Positions 41,250-51,660 of a stretch of 64,000 nt of DNA are shown piece by piece. Position 1 is the first letter of the stretch; every line of letters begins with the position of its first letter. The notes under the pieces were generated by a model, which had not been told where the DNA came from, did no database searches, and saw only the letters and a list, made by a program, of their open reading frames with translations. The position numbers were made by a program, and so were the translations under genes. Location of the stretch: contig CAVQEG010000001.1 in the NCBI GenBank assembly GCA_963711465.1, positions 1,915,480-1,979,479 on the forward strand, given 5' to 3'. The DNA comes from Chlorobiota bacterium. Lineage in GTDB: Bacteria > Bacteroidota > Ignavibacteria > OLB7.

Positions 41250-41255
41250 TGTGGC

Positions 41256-42521
41256 TCAGCCGGATTCCACGATGGTCCGGTGAACGTCCGGGAGCGACAG
41301 TGCCACGAGGCCGGTCACACCCGCAAGCACGCCACCTCCGACGATCGTCCAGAGCGGTCCGACCGACGCCGCGACAAGACCGGCAACGCCGGCACTGATC
41401 GCTGTGACGCCGTAGACGGCGATGTCGATGTAGCCGAAGGCGCGTCCCAGCAGTTCCTGCGGAACGAGCCGCTGCACGATGGTAACGCGGGGAACGATGA
41501 TGAGGGGAATTGCAAGCGCGTGGATGAAGGTCGCGACCTCGAGAAGCAGCAGCGACGTCGCCGGGATGTACAGCAGGAATGTGAATCCGTCGAGGATGAG
41601 GCCGATCGCCCAGAGCGTGCCGAGCCGACGCACGGGACGGATTCTCCGCAGCACCATGGCGGTGACGGTCATCGCAACGGCGTACATCAGTTCCACCATC
41701 GCAAAGTCTCCGAGTGTTCCACCGAATGCATCGCGTACGAGCAGCACCGTGCAGACGAGGGCCGGGCCCATCAGGAACAGATTGTCGACGAGCGTGACGA
41801 GGAAGAGCGCGCGGACGTTCGGCTGACGCATCACCGTTCGCAGTCCGAGGCGTGCCTCGCGCTGCAGCTCTGAGAGTCGGATACGACGGCCCGCATCGGA
41901 GCTGCGCAGACTGGTGGTGATCAGCGCGACGGCCGTAAACGACACGACGTAGGTAACGGCGTTGAGCGACAGCAGGCGAACCGGACCGGAGGCACCGACG
42001 CCGAAGGCGGCGAAGACGGGTCCGGCGATGGCAGCGAACTGACGGGAGGACTGCATCACGGCATTGACGCCGAAGAGTTCGCGCGGGTCGTCGACCAGCA
42101 GTGGAAGCGACGAGTTGTAGGCGGGGTTGAAGAACGTGGTGAGGGTGGTGGCGACCACGACGACGGCACCGGCGTAGTAGATGTCGAGCACACCGGCGAG
42201 GGCTGCGATCGACAGTGACGCCAGGGCGACGGCACGCACGGCATCGGCGACCATCATCACGCGCCGGCGATCGCGCCGATCGACGTACACGCCGGCGGCG
42301 AGTCCGAAGAGAGCGATCGGGATGTAGGCGACCATCTGGAAGGTGCCCACCCCCTGTTCGGAGCCGGTCAGTTCCAGCGCGAGGAAGATGAATCCGATGG
42401 CGGCGAGCGAGTCGCCGAATCCGGACGCGATCTGGCCGATCCAGATGAGCACCAGATCACGGCGTCCGCCCAGAGGCAGTCGTGACCGCGGGACGATCGC
42501 ACGGGCAGACGAATCGCTCAC
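41256..42521 (-). CDS. MFS transporter (MefA/EntS-like)
   Basis: WIGQIASGFGD, GVYVDRRDRRRVM, QRLVPQELLGRAFG, about 12 TM. Confidence 0.9.
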   Translation of the reverse strand: MSDSSARAIVPRSRLPLGGRRDLVLIWIGQIASGFGDSLAAIGFIFLALELTGSEQGVGTFQMVAYIPIALFGLAAGVYVDRRDRRRVMMVADAVRAVALASLSIAALAGVLDIYYAGAVVVVATTLTTFFNPAYNSSLPLLVDDPRELFGVNAVMQSSRQFAAIAGPVFAAFGVGASGPVRLLSLNAVTYVVSFTAVALITTSLRSSDAGRRIRLSELQREARLGLRTVMRQPNVRALFLVTLVDNLFLMGPALVCTVLLVRDAFGGTLGDFAMVELMYAVAMTVTAMVLRRIRPVRRLGTLWAIGLILDGFTFLLYIPATSLLLLEVATFIHALAIPLIIVPRVTIVQRLVPQELLGRAFGYIDIAVYGVTAISAGVAGLVAASVGPLWTIVGGGVLAGVTGLVALSLPDVHRTIVESG

Positions 42522-43460
42522 TCAATCATCGAGGCCTGAATTGTCGGGCGGTGGCTGGTCTCCCGAATTCCGATCGGGTGACTGTTCGCCCGAGCCGGTC
42601 GGCTTGGCGATGGTCATGTCGACGGCTGCGCCCTCGGCGACGCGGGTATAGGGCGCGATCGCCTGATCGATCACGGTATTGGGAACGTACTGTCCGTCTT
42701 CCTTCGCATGGATTATCCCCGGCACCAGCCCTGCGTTCTCGAGTCGCACGCGTGCGGTTTCCACATCGAGCGAGATGAGGTTCGGCATCAATGTGAAGCG
42801 CGTGCTGGGACCGCGGGAGATGATCACATCGACCTTGGAACCGGGGCGGGCACCGACATTGGCGGGAATGCTCTGCGAGAAGATCAGATCCCGCATGATG
42901 GTGTCGTTGTAGGCATAGGCGACCTCGCCGATGTCGAAGCCCTTGCGCATGAGATTGATGCGTGCCTCACGCAGCGGCATGCCGACGAGATCGGTCATCG
43001 GCGTCATCTCGGTACCGCGGCTGATGGTGAGGTAGATGCGGCGCCCCTTCTTGGTTTCCGCGCCACCGTAGGGAAGCTGACGGATGACGGTACCGGCCGG
43101 GAAGCGCTCGTCGAATCGGGGCTCACCCTTCTTGACCTGGAATCCGAGCCGGTCGAGCTGATGCTCCGCCTGGGCATAGGTGAGGCCGACGACATCGGGC
43201 ACGCGCTCCACCTCGCCGAGCTTCACGTACCACGGCATGATCACCTTGTCGAGCGCCACGAGGAGCAGGAAGATGACGGCGATGGTCAGCAGCAGGTAGC
43301 GGATGAGGTGGCTCCACGGAACCCGGTCCTCATCATCCTCCTGCCGAGGGGGCTCGGGCTGAGGCGGCGGAACGAGGCGCGGACGTGCTTCGGCGCGGTC
43401 GGGATCGTCGTTCATCGAGGCGGTGTCGTGCTCGGCCGCCTCGTCAGGGCGGATCATCAT
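42522..43460 (-). CDS. PASTA domain-containing membrane protein (3 PASTA)
   Basis: One TM, then VPDVVG, MTDLVG, MPNLIS repeats; start 43460, 43457 or 43415. Confidence 0.87.
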   Translation of the reverse strand: MMIRPDEAAEHDTASMNDDPDRAEARPRLVPPPQPEPPRQEDDEDRVPWSHLIRYLLLTIAVIFLLLVALDKVIMPWYVKLGEVERVPDVVGLTYAQAEHQLDRLGFQVKKGEPRFDERFPAGTVIRQLPYGGAETKKGRRIYLTISRGTEMTPMTDLVGMPLREARINLMRKGFDIGEVAYAYNDTIMRDLIFSQSIPANVGARPGSKVDVIISRGPSTRFTLMPNLISLDVETARVRLENAGLVPGIIHAKEDGQYVPNTVIDQAIAPYTRVAEGAAVDMTIAKPTGSGEQSPDRNSGDQPPPDNSGLDD

Positions 43461-43695
43461 TAATAATTCCTTGAACCGTCGTTGCATGGGCAGGGGCCGA
43501 TATTTCGTTGCGTCGCAACCGAACGGCAGGCGGTCCGAAAACGATCGAACCAGAGCTTCGCAAATTACATAAATGGCCCCGATGCCATCGGCGCCAGACC
43601 ACCGACGCGCTCCCGACGTACTCTCGCCGACTTCGTATTTTTTCCCGACGCATCCTGCGTCCGAACCGAGAGCGTATCGATTTCCCCGACCTACC

Positions 43696-44400
43696 ATGAC
43701 AAGCAGAACGCTCCGCGAAATCGTCGAACTCGGCGAGTGCGACACCGTCGAGTTCAAGCGCAAATTCTCCGGGTTCGAGAAGATCGCCAAGGAGCTGATC
43801 GCGCTGGCGAACACACGGGGCGGCTACCTGATCATCGGCGTCGACGACGACGGACGCATCGTCGGCGTTCCCAGTGAGAAGTCAGAGATCGAGCTGATCG
43901 TCGGCGCCGGCGAGGTCTACTGCGATCCGCCCATCACCGCCGACATCGACATCGTCGACATCGACGGTGTCGACGTCGTGGTCGTCACCATCCCCGAGAG
44001 TCACACCAAACCGCACCGTCTCGTGACGGCTCACGCCAATGGTCATGGCGGCCCTCGCACGGCCTCTCCCGCGTCGGTACCGACGAACGGAATGGCACGC
44101 AACGGCGGCAGCGGCGTCTACATCCGTCAGGGCGAGCGAAGCGTGATGGCAAGCAAGGAGGTGGCGAAGGTGCTCGAAGGCGAGCATCCGGATGCCCCGC
44201 CGCTGCGTGTGGAGATCGGACCGATCGAGCGGGCGCTGTTCGATTACCTCGAGAAGCATGGTCGGGCCACGTTGCACGACTACCGTCATCTGGTCAACGT
44301 CTCGCGACGCCGCGCCTCCAGAAGTCTCGTCCGGCTGGTGCGCGCGGGCCTGATCAGGATCTTCACCGATGAGGCGGAGGACTACTACACGCTGTCGTGA
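43696..44400 (+). CDS. AlbA_2 (Schlafen-like) domain protein with C-terminal winged HTH
   Basis: GECDTVEFKRK, ALANTRGGYLIIGVDDDG, YIRQG; wHTH LFDYLEKHGRATL..SRRRASRSLVRLV. Confidence 0.85.
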   Translation: MTSRTLREIVELGECDTVEFKRKFSGFEKIAKELIALANTRGGYLIIGVDDDGRIVGVPSEKSEIELIVGAGEVYCDPPITADIDIVDIDGVDVVVVTIPESHTKPHRLVTAHANGHGGPRTASPASVPTNGMARNGGSGVYIRQGERSVMASKEVAKVLEGEHPDAPPLRVEIGPIERALFDYLEKHGRATLHDYRHLVNVSRRRASRSLVRLVRAGLIRIFTDEAEDYYTLS

Positions 44401-44422
44401 TCGACGAACGGATCGAGACGTC

Positions 44423-45151
44423 CTACCAGAAGGCCATACGGACGCCAGCCAGGAGGATCGCCACGCCGAGGACCATGTCGAGCGTCGAATCCTTGGCCCG
44501 AAGACTCAGCCGCACGCCCCACGCGGCACCCGCCACCGCACCCACAAGTCCGACAGCGCCAGGCAGCCAGATGTCCGCGTGCAGCATTCCGTTGAGTCCG
44601 TAGCTGGCCAGGCGCCCGATCGCGGTTACCGCGCCGAGCACGCCGTTGGTGGCGGAGATCTCCCGTGGGCCGACCGACGATGCGGCGAACGCCCAGGTCT
44701 GCACCGGCCCGTTGCCGGCGCCGAGCAGCGCGGCGATGGCGGCCGAGACCGCTCCGGCGATGGGATAGGTCCACTCGCCCGGCGACCGCATTCTGGGGAG
44801 CTCGACGTAGAGCCGGACGACGTAGTAGATGCCGAAGAGAATCAGGAGGTATCCGATGGTGGCCCGCAGCGCTGCGGCGTCGACGACACCCAGCAGATGG
44901 GCGCCGAGCCATGCGCCCGGAAGGATGCCGATGGAGAAGAGTACGGCGGCACGGCGGGCGATCCAGCCGTGCAGCAGCACGATGCGCACCGTGTTCCATC
45001 CCAGCGGAATGATTGCCGTCAGCAGTACCGCATCCTTGCTGCCGACCATGACGATGAGGATGGGCAGAAGCAGCAGCGCTCCTCCGAATCCGGCAACGGT
45101 ATCGAGGAGCCCGGCAATGAGCGAGGCGATGAGAATTTCGAGGAAGGGCAT
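44423..45151 (-). CDS. Sulfite exporter TauE/SafE family protein
   Basis: AGFGGALLLLP, GAWLGA, LGAGNGP, multiple TM. Confidence 0.85.
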   Translation of the reverse strand: MPFLEILIASLIAGLLDTVAGFGGALLLLPILIVMVGSKDAVLLTAIIPLGWNTVRIVLLHGWIARRAAVLFSIGILPGAWLGAHLLGVVDAAALRATIGYLLILFGIYYVVRLYVELPRMRSPGEWTYPIAGAVSAAIAALLGAGNGPVQTWAFAASSVGPREISATNGVLGAVTAIGRLASYGLNGMLHADIWLPGAVGLVGAVAGAAWGVRLSLRAKDSTLDMVLGVAILLAGVRMAFW

Positions 45152-45221
45152 CCGGTGAGCGGCAAAACGGCGAACATACGCAAGCACGGTCGATCAGCCG
45201 ATCGACGGTAGCGAGCGCATC

Positions 45222-46094
45222 TCAGACGTCGTCGGAACCGATCGGCAGGTCGTATCCCTTTTCGCGGAAGCGTGCAACGGCGGCGTCTGTGGCCTGGCGG
45301 CCGATGGGGTGGCGATAGACCGCCATCGAGGCGAAGCGCTGCACCATCTCGCCAGCCAGCGCCCGCTCACCCATCTTCTCGTAGGTGAGCGCCATCTCGG
45401 CGAAGATCGTGTTGTTGTCCGGACACTGCCGCAACACCTCCTGGAAATGCTCGAGCGACTGCTGGTAGCTCGCCTCGGGCAGGTCGATGTGCAGCATGCG
45501 GGCGATCGCGCGCAGTCCGGGATGCACTGCGGCGATTTCCCGGTAGAGATTGCCCAGCACGAAGTGGCCGATCCACGTGTTGTCGATCGAAACCGCCCGG
45601 CGCGCGTGGCGCTCGACGATGCCGGCGTAGCGAACGATTTCCTTGATCGAGCCGCTGATCTGCGCCTGGCGACCGATCGCACCGGCGAGCATGGCGTGCC
45701 CGATCGATGAATTCGGATTCAGCGACAGCGCCCGCTCCGCCCACAGCCGCATCTGACGGATGTGCTGCGCGTGCTTCGGATGGCCGATCGGATGGGATTC
45801 GAAGAATGTCTGGTAGTAGTGGGCACGTGCCAGGTGGGCGCATACCTCGGCCGACGGATAGCGGTTGTAGATCGCCTCCCACATGGCGATCGCACCCGTG
45901 CCGTCGCCACGCATCAGCGCACGGTAGCCCTCACGCAGATACTCGGGCACCTGCTCGACGAATGGACCGTCGTCCAGGCCGGCCGGCGCAGCGGCGCCGT
46001 TGCTCGCCTCGCCGCCGTCCACTACGGAGACGCGTGCGACGTAGTGTGCCTCGTGTCCCCGGCGCCGAAGTGATCTGTGCTGGTTGAACTGCAT
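45222..46094 (-). CDS. TPR protein resembling RMDN (regulator of microtubule dynamics) family
   Basis: AERALSLNPNS..GHAMLA.AIGR, HFVLGNLYREIA, LPEASYQQSLEHF. Confidence 0.65.
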   Translation of the reverse strand: MQFNQHRSLRRRGHEAHYVARVSVVDGGEASNGAAAPAGLDDGPFVEQVPEYLREGYRALMRGDGTGAIAMWEAIYNRYPSAEVCAHLARAHYYQTFFESHPIGHPKHAQHIRQMRLWAERALSLNPNSSIGHAMLAGAIGRQAQISGSIKEIVRYAGIVERHARRAVSIDNTWIGHFVLGNLYREIAAVHPGLRAIARMLHIDLPEASYQQSLEHFQEVLRQCPDNNTIFAEMALTYEKMGERALAGEMVQRFASMAVYRHPIGRQATDAAVARFREKGYDLPIGSDDV

Positions 46095-46354
46095 ACAGTA
46101 GTTGGGATGACCGGACCGATCTGCTGACGTTCTGGTCTGTGTGTCGCGACTGATGGGTACTGTTCCGACGGAGGAGTGTGGGACCGCTATCTTTCGATCT
46201 CCGGATCGGCGGCACCGCGACGACAGGTGGCCACGGTCCGAGCGATCCGAACGGCATCGGGCAGCGCCCGCCGCCCCCCTGCCGCCGGTTATAATTGTAC
46301 AATGATCGCGTCCCGCAAGCTGTAATAGAGCGTACGCCTCAACCGCCCGAAATC

Positions 46355-46912
46355 ATGTTCAAAGTCCTCGATGTCCTCGTCGATGCGCGCATCGCAAGCA
46401 CGACGTTCGCCTGCGATCTGGCCGCCTGCCGGGGCGCGTGCTGCACCATGCCAGGCGGACGCGGAGCGCCGCTTGCCGACGCCGAGGAAGCCGCCATCGA
46501 AGCGGCCACGCCCGCTGCCCTGGAGTACCTCAGCGAGCGCAACCGCAGCGTGATCCGATCGCTCGGCTCCGTGGAAGGTCGCCGGGGAAACCTCGCGACG
46601 CGGTGTATCGACAACCGTGACTGTGTGTTCGTCTACTACGATGGAGAGGTGGCGAAGTGCTCGCTCGAGCGCGCCTACTTCGATGGACACTCGACGTTCC
46701 GCAAGCCGCTGAGCTGTCACCTCTTCCCCATCCGCATCGAGGAACTCTTCGGCGGTGAGGTGCTCCGCTACGAGCGGATTCCGGAGTGCCGCGATGCGCT
46801 CGCCCGCGGCCGCCGCGACGGCGTTCCCCTCTACGTGTTCCTCAAGGATCCGCTCGTGCGTGCCTTCGGTGAGGCGTTCTACGAAGAGCTCGTGCGACAG
46901 ATCGAGAGCTGA
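46355..46912 (+). CDS. DUF3109 family protein
   Basis: FACDLAACRGACC, GAPL, CVF, KCSLE, KPLSCHLFPIR, FLKDPLVRAFG. Confidence 0.9.
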   Translation: MFKVLDVLVDARIASTTFACDLAACRGACCTMPGGRGAPLADAEEAAIEAATPAALEYLSERNRSVIRSLGSVEGRRGNLATRCIDNRDCVFVYYDGEVAKCSLERAYFDGHSTFRKPLSCHLFPIRIEELFGGEVLRYERIPECRDALARGRRDGVPLYVFLKDPLVRAFGEAFYEELVRQIES

Positions 46913-47045
46913 GCGGCCCGCCGCCGGCGCGGTGCGGCCGCTGCGTATATTGAAGCGCCCATCATCGCCGGGTCGCGCCTGTTGGCATGATTGATGATGG
47001 CATGAGCAAACCCAGAATTCGATGAATACCCTCTGACGTCCAGAT

Positions 47046-48923
47046 ATGCTCTCACTATCGCAACGCCAGTCACTGCAGCAGCGGCTCTCGCCGCAGCAGG
47101 TGCAGTACTTGAAAATGTTGCAGCTCCCGATCGTTGCGCTCGAACAGCGGATCAAGCAGGAGCTGGAAGCCAACCCCATGCTCGAGGAGGTCAACGAGAC
47201 CGAGCTGGAGCAGGATGCCGACACCGAACAGGAGGAGGTGCTCGAGCTGACCGAGTCGCGCAAGGAGTCGGAGTCGGATCAGAAGGAATCCGAGGCACAG
47301 GAGGAGAAGGCAGCCGAAGAAGCGGCCGCCGAGGAGGAGCGCAGCGACTTCGAAGAGGAGTGGGAGGAATACCTCAGCGAGCAGTACGACGACTACCGCA
47401 ATTCCAACTACAGCGAGTCGGACGACGATGACCAGGAGGTCATCCCGCAGCGTTCGGAGACGACGCTCGCAGATGACCTGCTGACGCAGCTGCACATGCA
47501 GACGCTCGGTGAGGATGAGATGGCCCTTGCCGAGGAGATCATCGGCAACATCGACGAGCATGGGTACCTGCGGCGCGACCTCGCCGAAATCATCGACGAT
47601 CTCAACAAGTTCCTCTCCGCCACCTTCCAGCCCGTCGCCTCCGGCGACGGCTCCCTCGGCGACGGTCGGTTCGACTCCTACGAGGATATCATCCACGAAT
47701 CCCCGTTCGGACGTGAGCGGCTCTCGCACCTCCAGGGCGAGTCCGCTGACGGCGGCGACGTCCCGCACAACGGCCACGCAGCGGAGTCCCCCGCCATGCC
47801 GCGATCGATCGCGCCGGCGTCCGAGACGTCCAACGGCGAGGACACCGCCGTGGCAATTGAGAACATGGCGCATCTCTCGATCGAAGAGCTCGCCCGAATG
47901 TTCGAACAGGGCACCTCCGGCTCGACCAGTCGCGAGAACGAAGCCACCCAGGAGATCGCAATCCCGGACGCCGCGCTCTTCACCCTCGAGGAGGCCGAGC
48001 GCGTGCTGCACCGCATCCAGCGCCTCGATCCTCCGGGGATCGGCTCGCGTGACCTGCGCGAATGCCTGCTGGTGCAGCTGGAGATCATGGAGAATCGCAC
48101 GCCGGCCGAAGAGCTCGCCCACCGCGTCGTCGAAGAGTGCTACACCGAATTCACCATGAAGCACTTCGAGAAGATCACCGATCGACTCAAGTGCACCACC
48201 GACGAGCTCAAGGAAGCCATGGAGGTGATTCGGGGGCTGAATCCGAAACCGGGCAACGGCTCGGTTTCCATGCTCAACGACAACTACCTGACGCCCGACT
48301 TCGTCATCCGCCGCGATGGTGAGGACTTCGTCATCACCGCCAACGACCGGCATATCCCGCTGATCCGCATCAACCGCGCCTACCAGGAGCTGATGCGCCG
48401 CGGACGGGCGAAGAAGAACGGCATCGACCGCGATACGCGGAAGTTCCTGCGCGACAAGTTCGAAGCCGCCAAGTGGTTCATTGCCTCGATCCAGCAGCGC
48501 CGCCAGACGATGTCCAAGGTGATGCGCGCGATCGTCGATCTGCAGCGCGACTTCTTCGAACACGGCTCCGATCACATCCGGCCGATGATCTACAAGGACG
48601 TCGCCGAGCGGATCGACATGGACATCTCCACCGTCTGTCGCGTCGTCAACGGCAAGTACGTCCAGACCGACTACGGCACGTTCGAACTCCGCTACTTCTT
48701 CAGCGAGAAACTCGAGACCACCTCCGGCGAAGAGGTGTCCACCAAGATCGTCAAGTCGCGAATCCAGGAGCTGATCGCCGCCGAAGACAAGAGCAAGCCG
48801 CTGTCGGACGATGCAATCTCCAAGGCGATGAAGGACGCCGGCTACAACGTCGCGCGCCGTACCGTCGCCAAGTACCGCGAGCAGATGAACATTCCCGTGG
48901 CACGCCTGCGGCGCGGTCTGTAG
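47046..48923 (+). CDS. rpoN: RNA polymerase sigma-54 factor
   Basis: Gln-rich region I, ELEANPMLE, DPPGIGSRDLRECL, RpoN box ARRTVAKYRE. Confidence 0.98.
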   Translation: MLSLSQRQSLQQRLSPQQVQYLKMLQLPIVALEQRIKQELEANPMLEEVNETELEQDADTEQEEVLELTESRKESESDQKESEAQEEKAAEEAAAEEERSDFEEEWEEYLSEQYDDYRNSNYSESDDDDQEVIPQRSETTLADDLLTQLHMQTLGEDEMALAEEIIGNIDEHGYLRRDLAEIIDDLNKFLSATFQPVASGDGSLGDGRFDSYEDIIHESPFGRERLSHLQGESADGGDVPHNGHAAESPAMPRSIAPASETSNGEDTAVAIENMAHLSIEELARMFEQGTSGSTSRENEATQEIAIPDAALFTLEEAERVLHRIQRLDPPGIGSRDLRECLLVQLEIMENRTPAEELAHRVVEECYTEFTMKHFEKITDRLKCTTDELKEAMEVIRGLNPKPGNGSVSMLNDNYLTPDFVIRRDGEDFVITANDRHIPLIRINRAYQELMRRGRAKKNGIDRDTRKFLRDKFEAAKWFIASIQQRRQTMSKVMRAIVDLQRDFFEHGSDHIRPMIYKDVAERIDMDISTVCRVVNGKYVQTDYGTFELRYFFSEKLETTSGEEVSTKIVKSRIQELIAAEDKSKPLSDDAISKAMKDAGYNVARRTVAKYREQMNIPVARLRRGL

Positions 48924-48989
48924 TCCCCGCCCCGCGATCGCTCCGCGGTGCGGGAGTGTGAACCGCCGTTTGTCGCCACACAACGATTC

Positions 48990-49016
48990 GCCCGGGCTTT
49001 GCCGCCCGGGCTTTTT
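48990..49016 (+). terminator. Rho-independent terminator after rpoN
   Basis: GCCCGGGC-tttgcc-GCCCGGGC followed by TTTTT. Confidence 0.75.
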
Positions 49017-49147
49017 CGTGCGGTCTTCTGCCGGGAACCTCGCGGCCACGTATTTTGCGAGTCTTTCGACGACCGTCCGCTGCCCACGGCACCCCCCCAC
49101 CGTCACGACGGTCGCTGAGACGACAACCCCACTTTCGAGGAGAAGGA

Positions 49148-50575
<1,428 letters not shown>

Positions 50576-50620
50576 GTCAAGCCCACCCTCACTCATGTCC
50601 CCGGCGGACCCCGCCGCTGC

Positions 50621-51616
50621 ATGCCGCGTCGAATCCGCAACGCCCCAGATGAATGCACCGACGCCGGACGGACCATCGATCGTCCGTCCGGCGTCTGCCG
50701 TGTCGCACCCCGCGCGCGGCACGCCCGGGCATGGGCGGGTCTTGCCCTGCTGAGCGGAATCCTCCTCGCCACCTCGGGCTGCACCGTTCCGCAGTGTTCG
50801 GACATCGCCGCATTCGGCAACCTCGGTCCCGGCGTCAACTCTCCATTCGACGACTACGCGCCGGCACTGCCCGACACCGCGACGCTCGTCTTCACCAGCG
50901 ATCGCATCGAATCCGGTCGCGGCGGACTGCAGGGACAGTACCGCGCGGTGCGGCCCACCCACCTCTACTTCTCCATGAGTCTCGGCCAACGGTGGGACGC
51001 GGCGCAGCCATACTCGCTCCTGCTGTCAATCGACCGCACCGAGGCAGCGACGATCGCCTTCGCACCGAAGGGCTCGCCGTTCAACACCGTCGCCTACGTG
51101 AGCGCCTGCGATCGTGACGATGCCGTTGGCGGATGCGACGTCTACGCCGTCACCGCCACCGCCGCGATCACGCTCGTCAATCTCGGGCCGGAAATCAATT
51201 CGGCCTCGTGGGACGGTCAGCCGTTCGTGACCACCGAAGGTCAGCACCTCTACTTCGCCTCAGATCGTCCCGGCGGAATGGGTGGCACCGACATCTGGGT
51301 CTGCGACCGTCTCGAGAGCGGCGCCTGGAGCACGCCGCACAACGCCGGGTCCGGTATCAATTCCAGCGGTAACGAGTACTCGCCGTCGATCGACTCCGCC
51401 ACCGGAACGCTCTACTTCGCCGCCGAAACGCCCGATGCCGGCCTGGATATCTTTTCGTTCGCTCCGGGCGACACCGAACGCTCCCGCCTGCCACGGCCGT
51501 TCAACTCCGAACGGGACGACTTCACACCGTTCGTCCGAGGCGACATGCTCTACCTGGCGTCGAACCGGCCGGGCGGCTGCGGAGGGTTCGATCTCTACGC
51601 CTTCAAGCGCCGGTAG
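50621..51616 (+). CDS. PD40 (TolB-like) beta-propeller lipoprotein
   Basis: Lipobox TSGC; NLGPGVNS, LYFASDRPGGMGGTDIW, ASNRPGGCGGFDLY; start uncertain. Confidence 0.8.
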   Translation: MPRRIRNAPDECTDAGRTIDRPSGVCRVAPRARHARAWAGLALLSGILLATSGCTVPQCSDIAAFGNLGPGVNSPFDDYAPALPDTATLVFTSDRIESGRGGLQGQYRAVRPTHLYFSMSLGQRWDAAQPYSLLLSIDRTEAATIAFAPKGSPFNTVAYVSACDRDDAVGGCDVYAVTATAAITLVNLGPEINSASWDGQPFVTTEGQHLYFASDRPGGMGGTDIWVCDRLESGAWSTPHNAGSGINSSGNEYSPSIDSATGTLYFAAETPDAGLDIFSFAPGDTERSRLPRPFNSERDDFTPFVRGDMLYLASNRPGGCGGFDLYAFKRR

Positions 51617-51660
51617 ACACCAACACGGCAACGCGTCCGCCGACCCCAACGGTCCGAGGG

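Noticed and set aside
50621-51616. PD40 lipoprotein as T9SS component PorE
   Set aside because: Lacks the TPR and C-terminal OmpA-like domains
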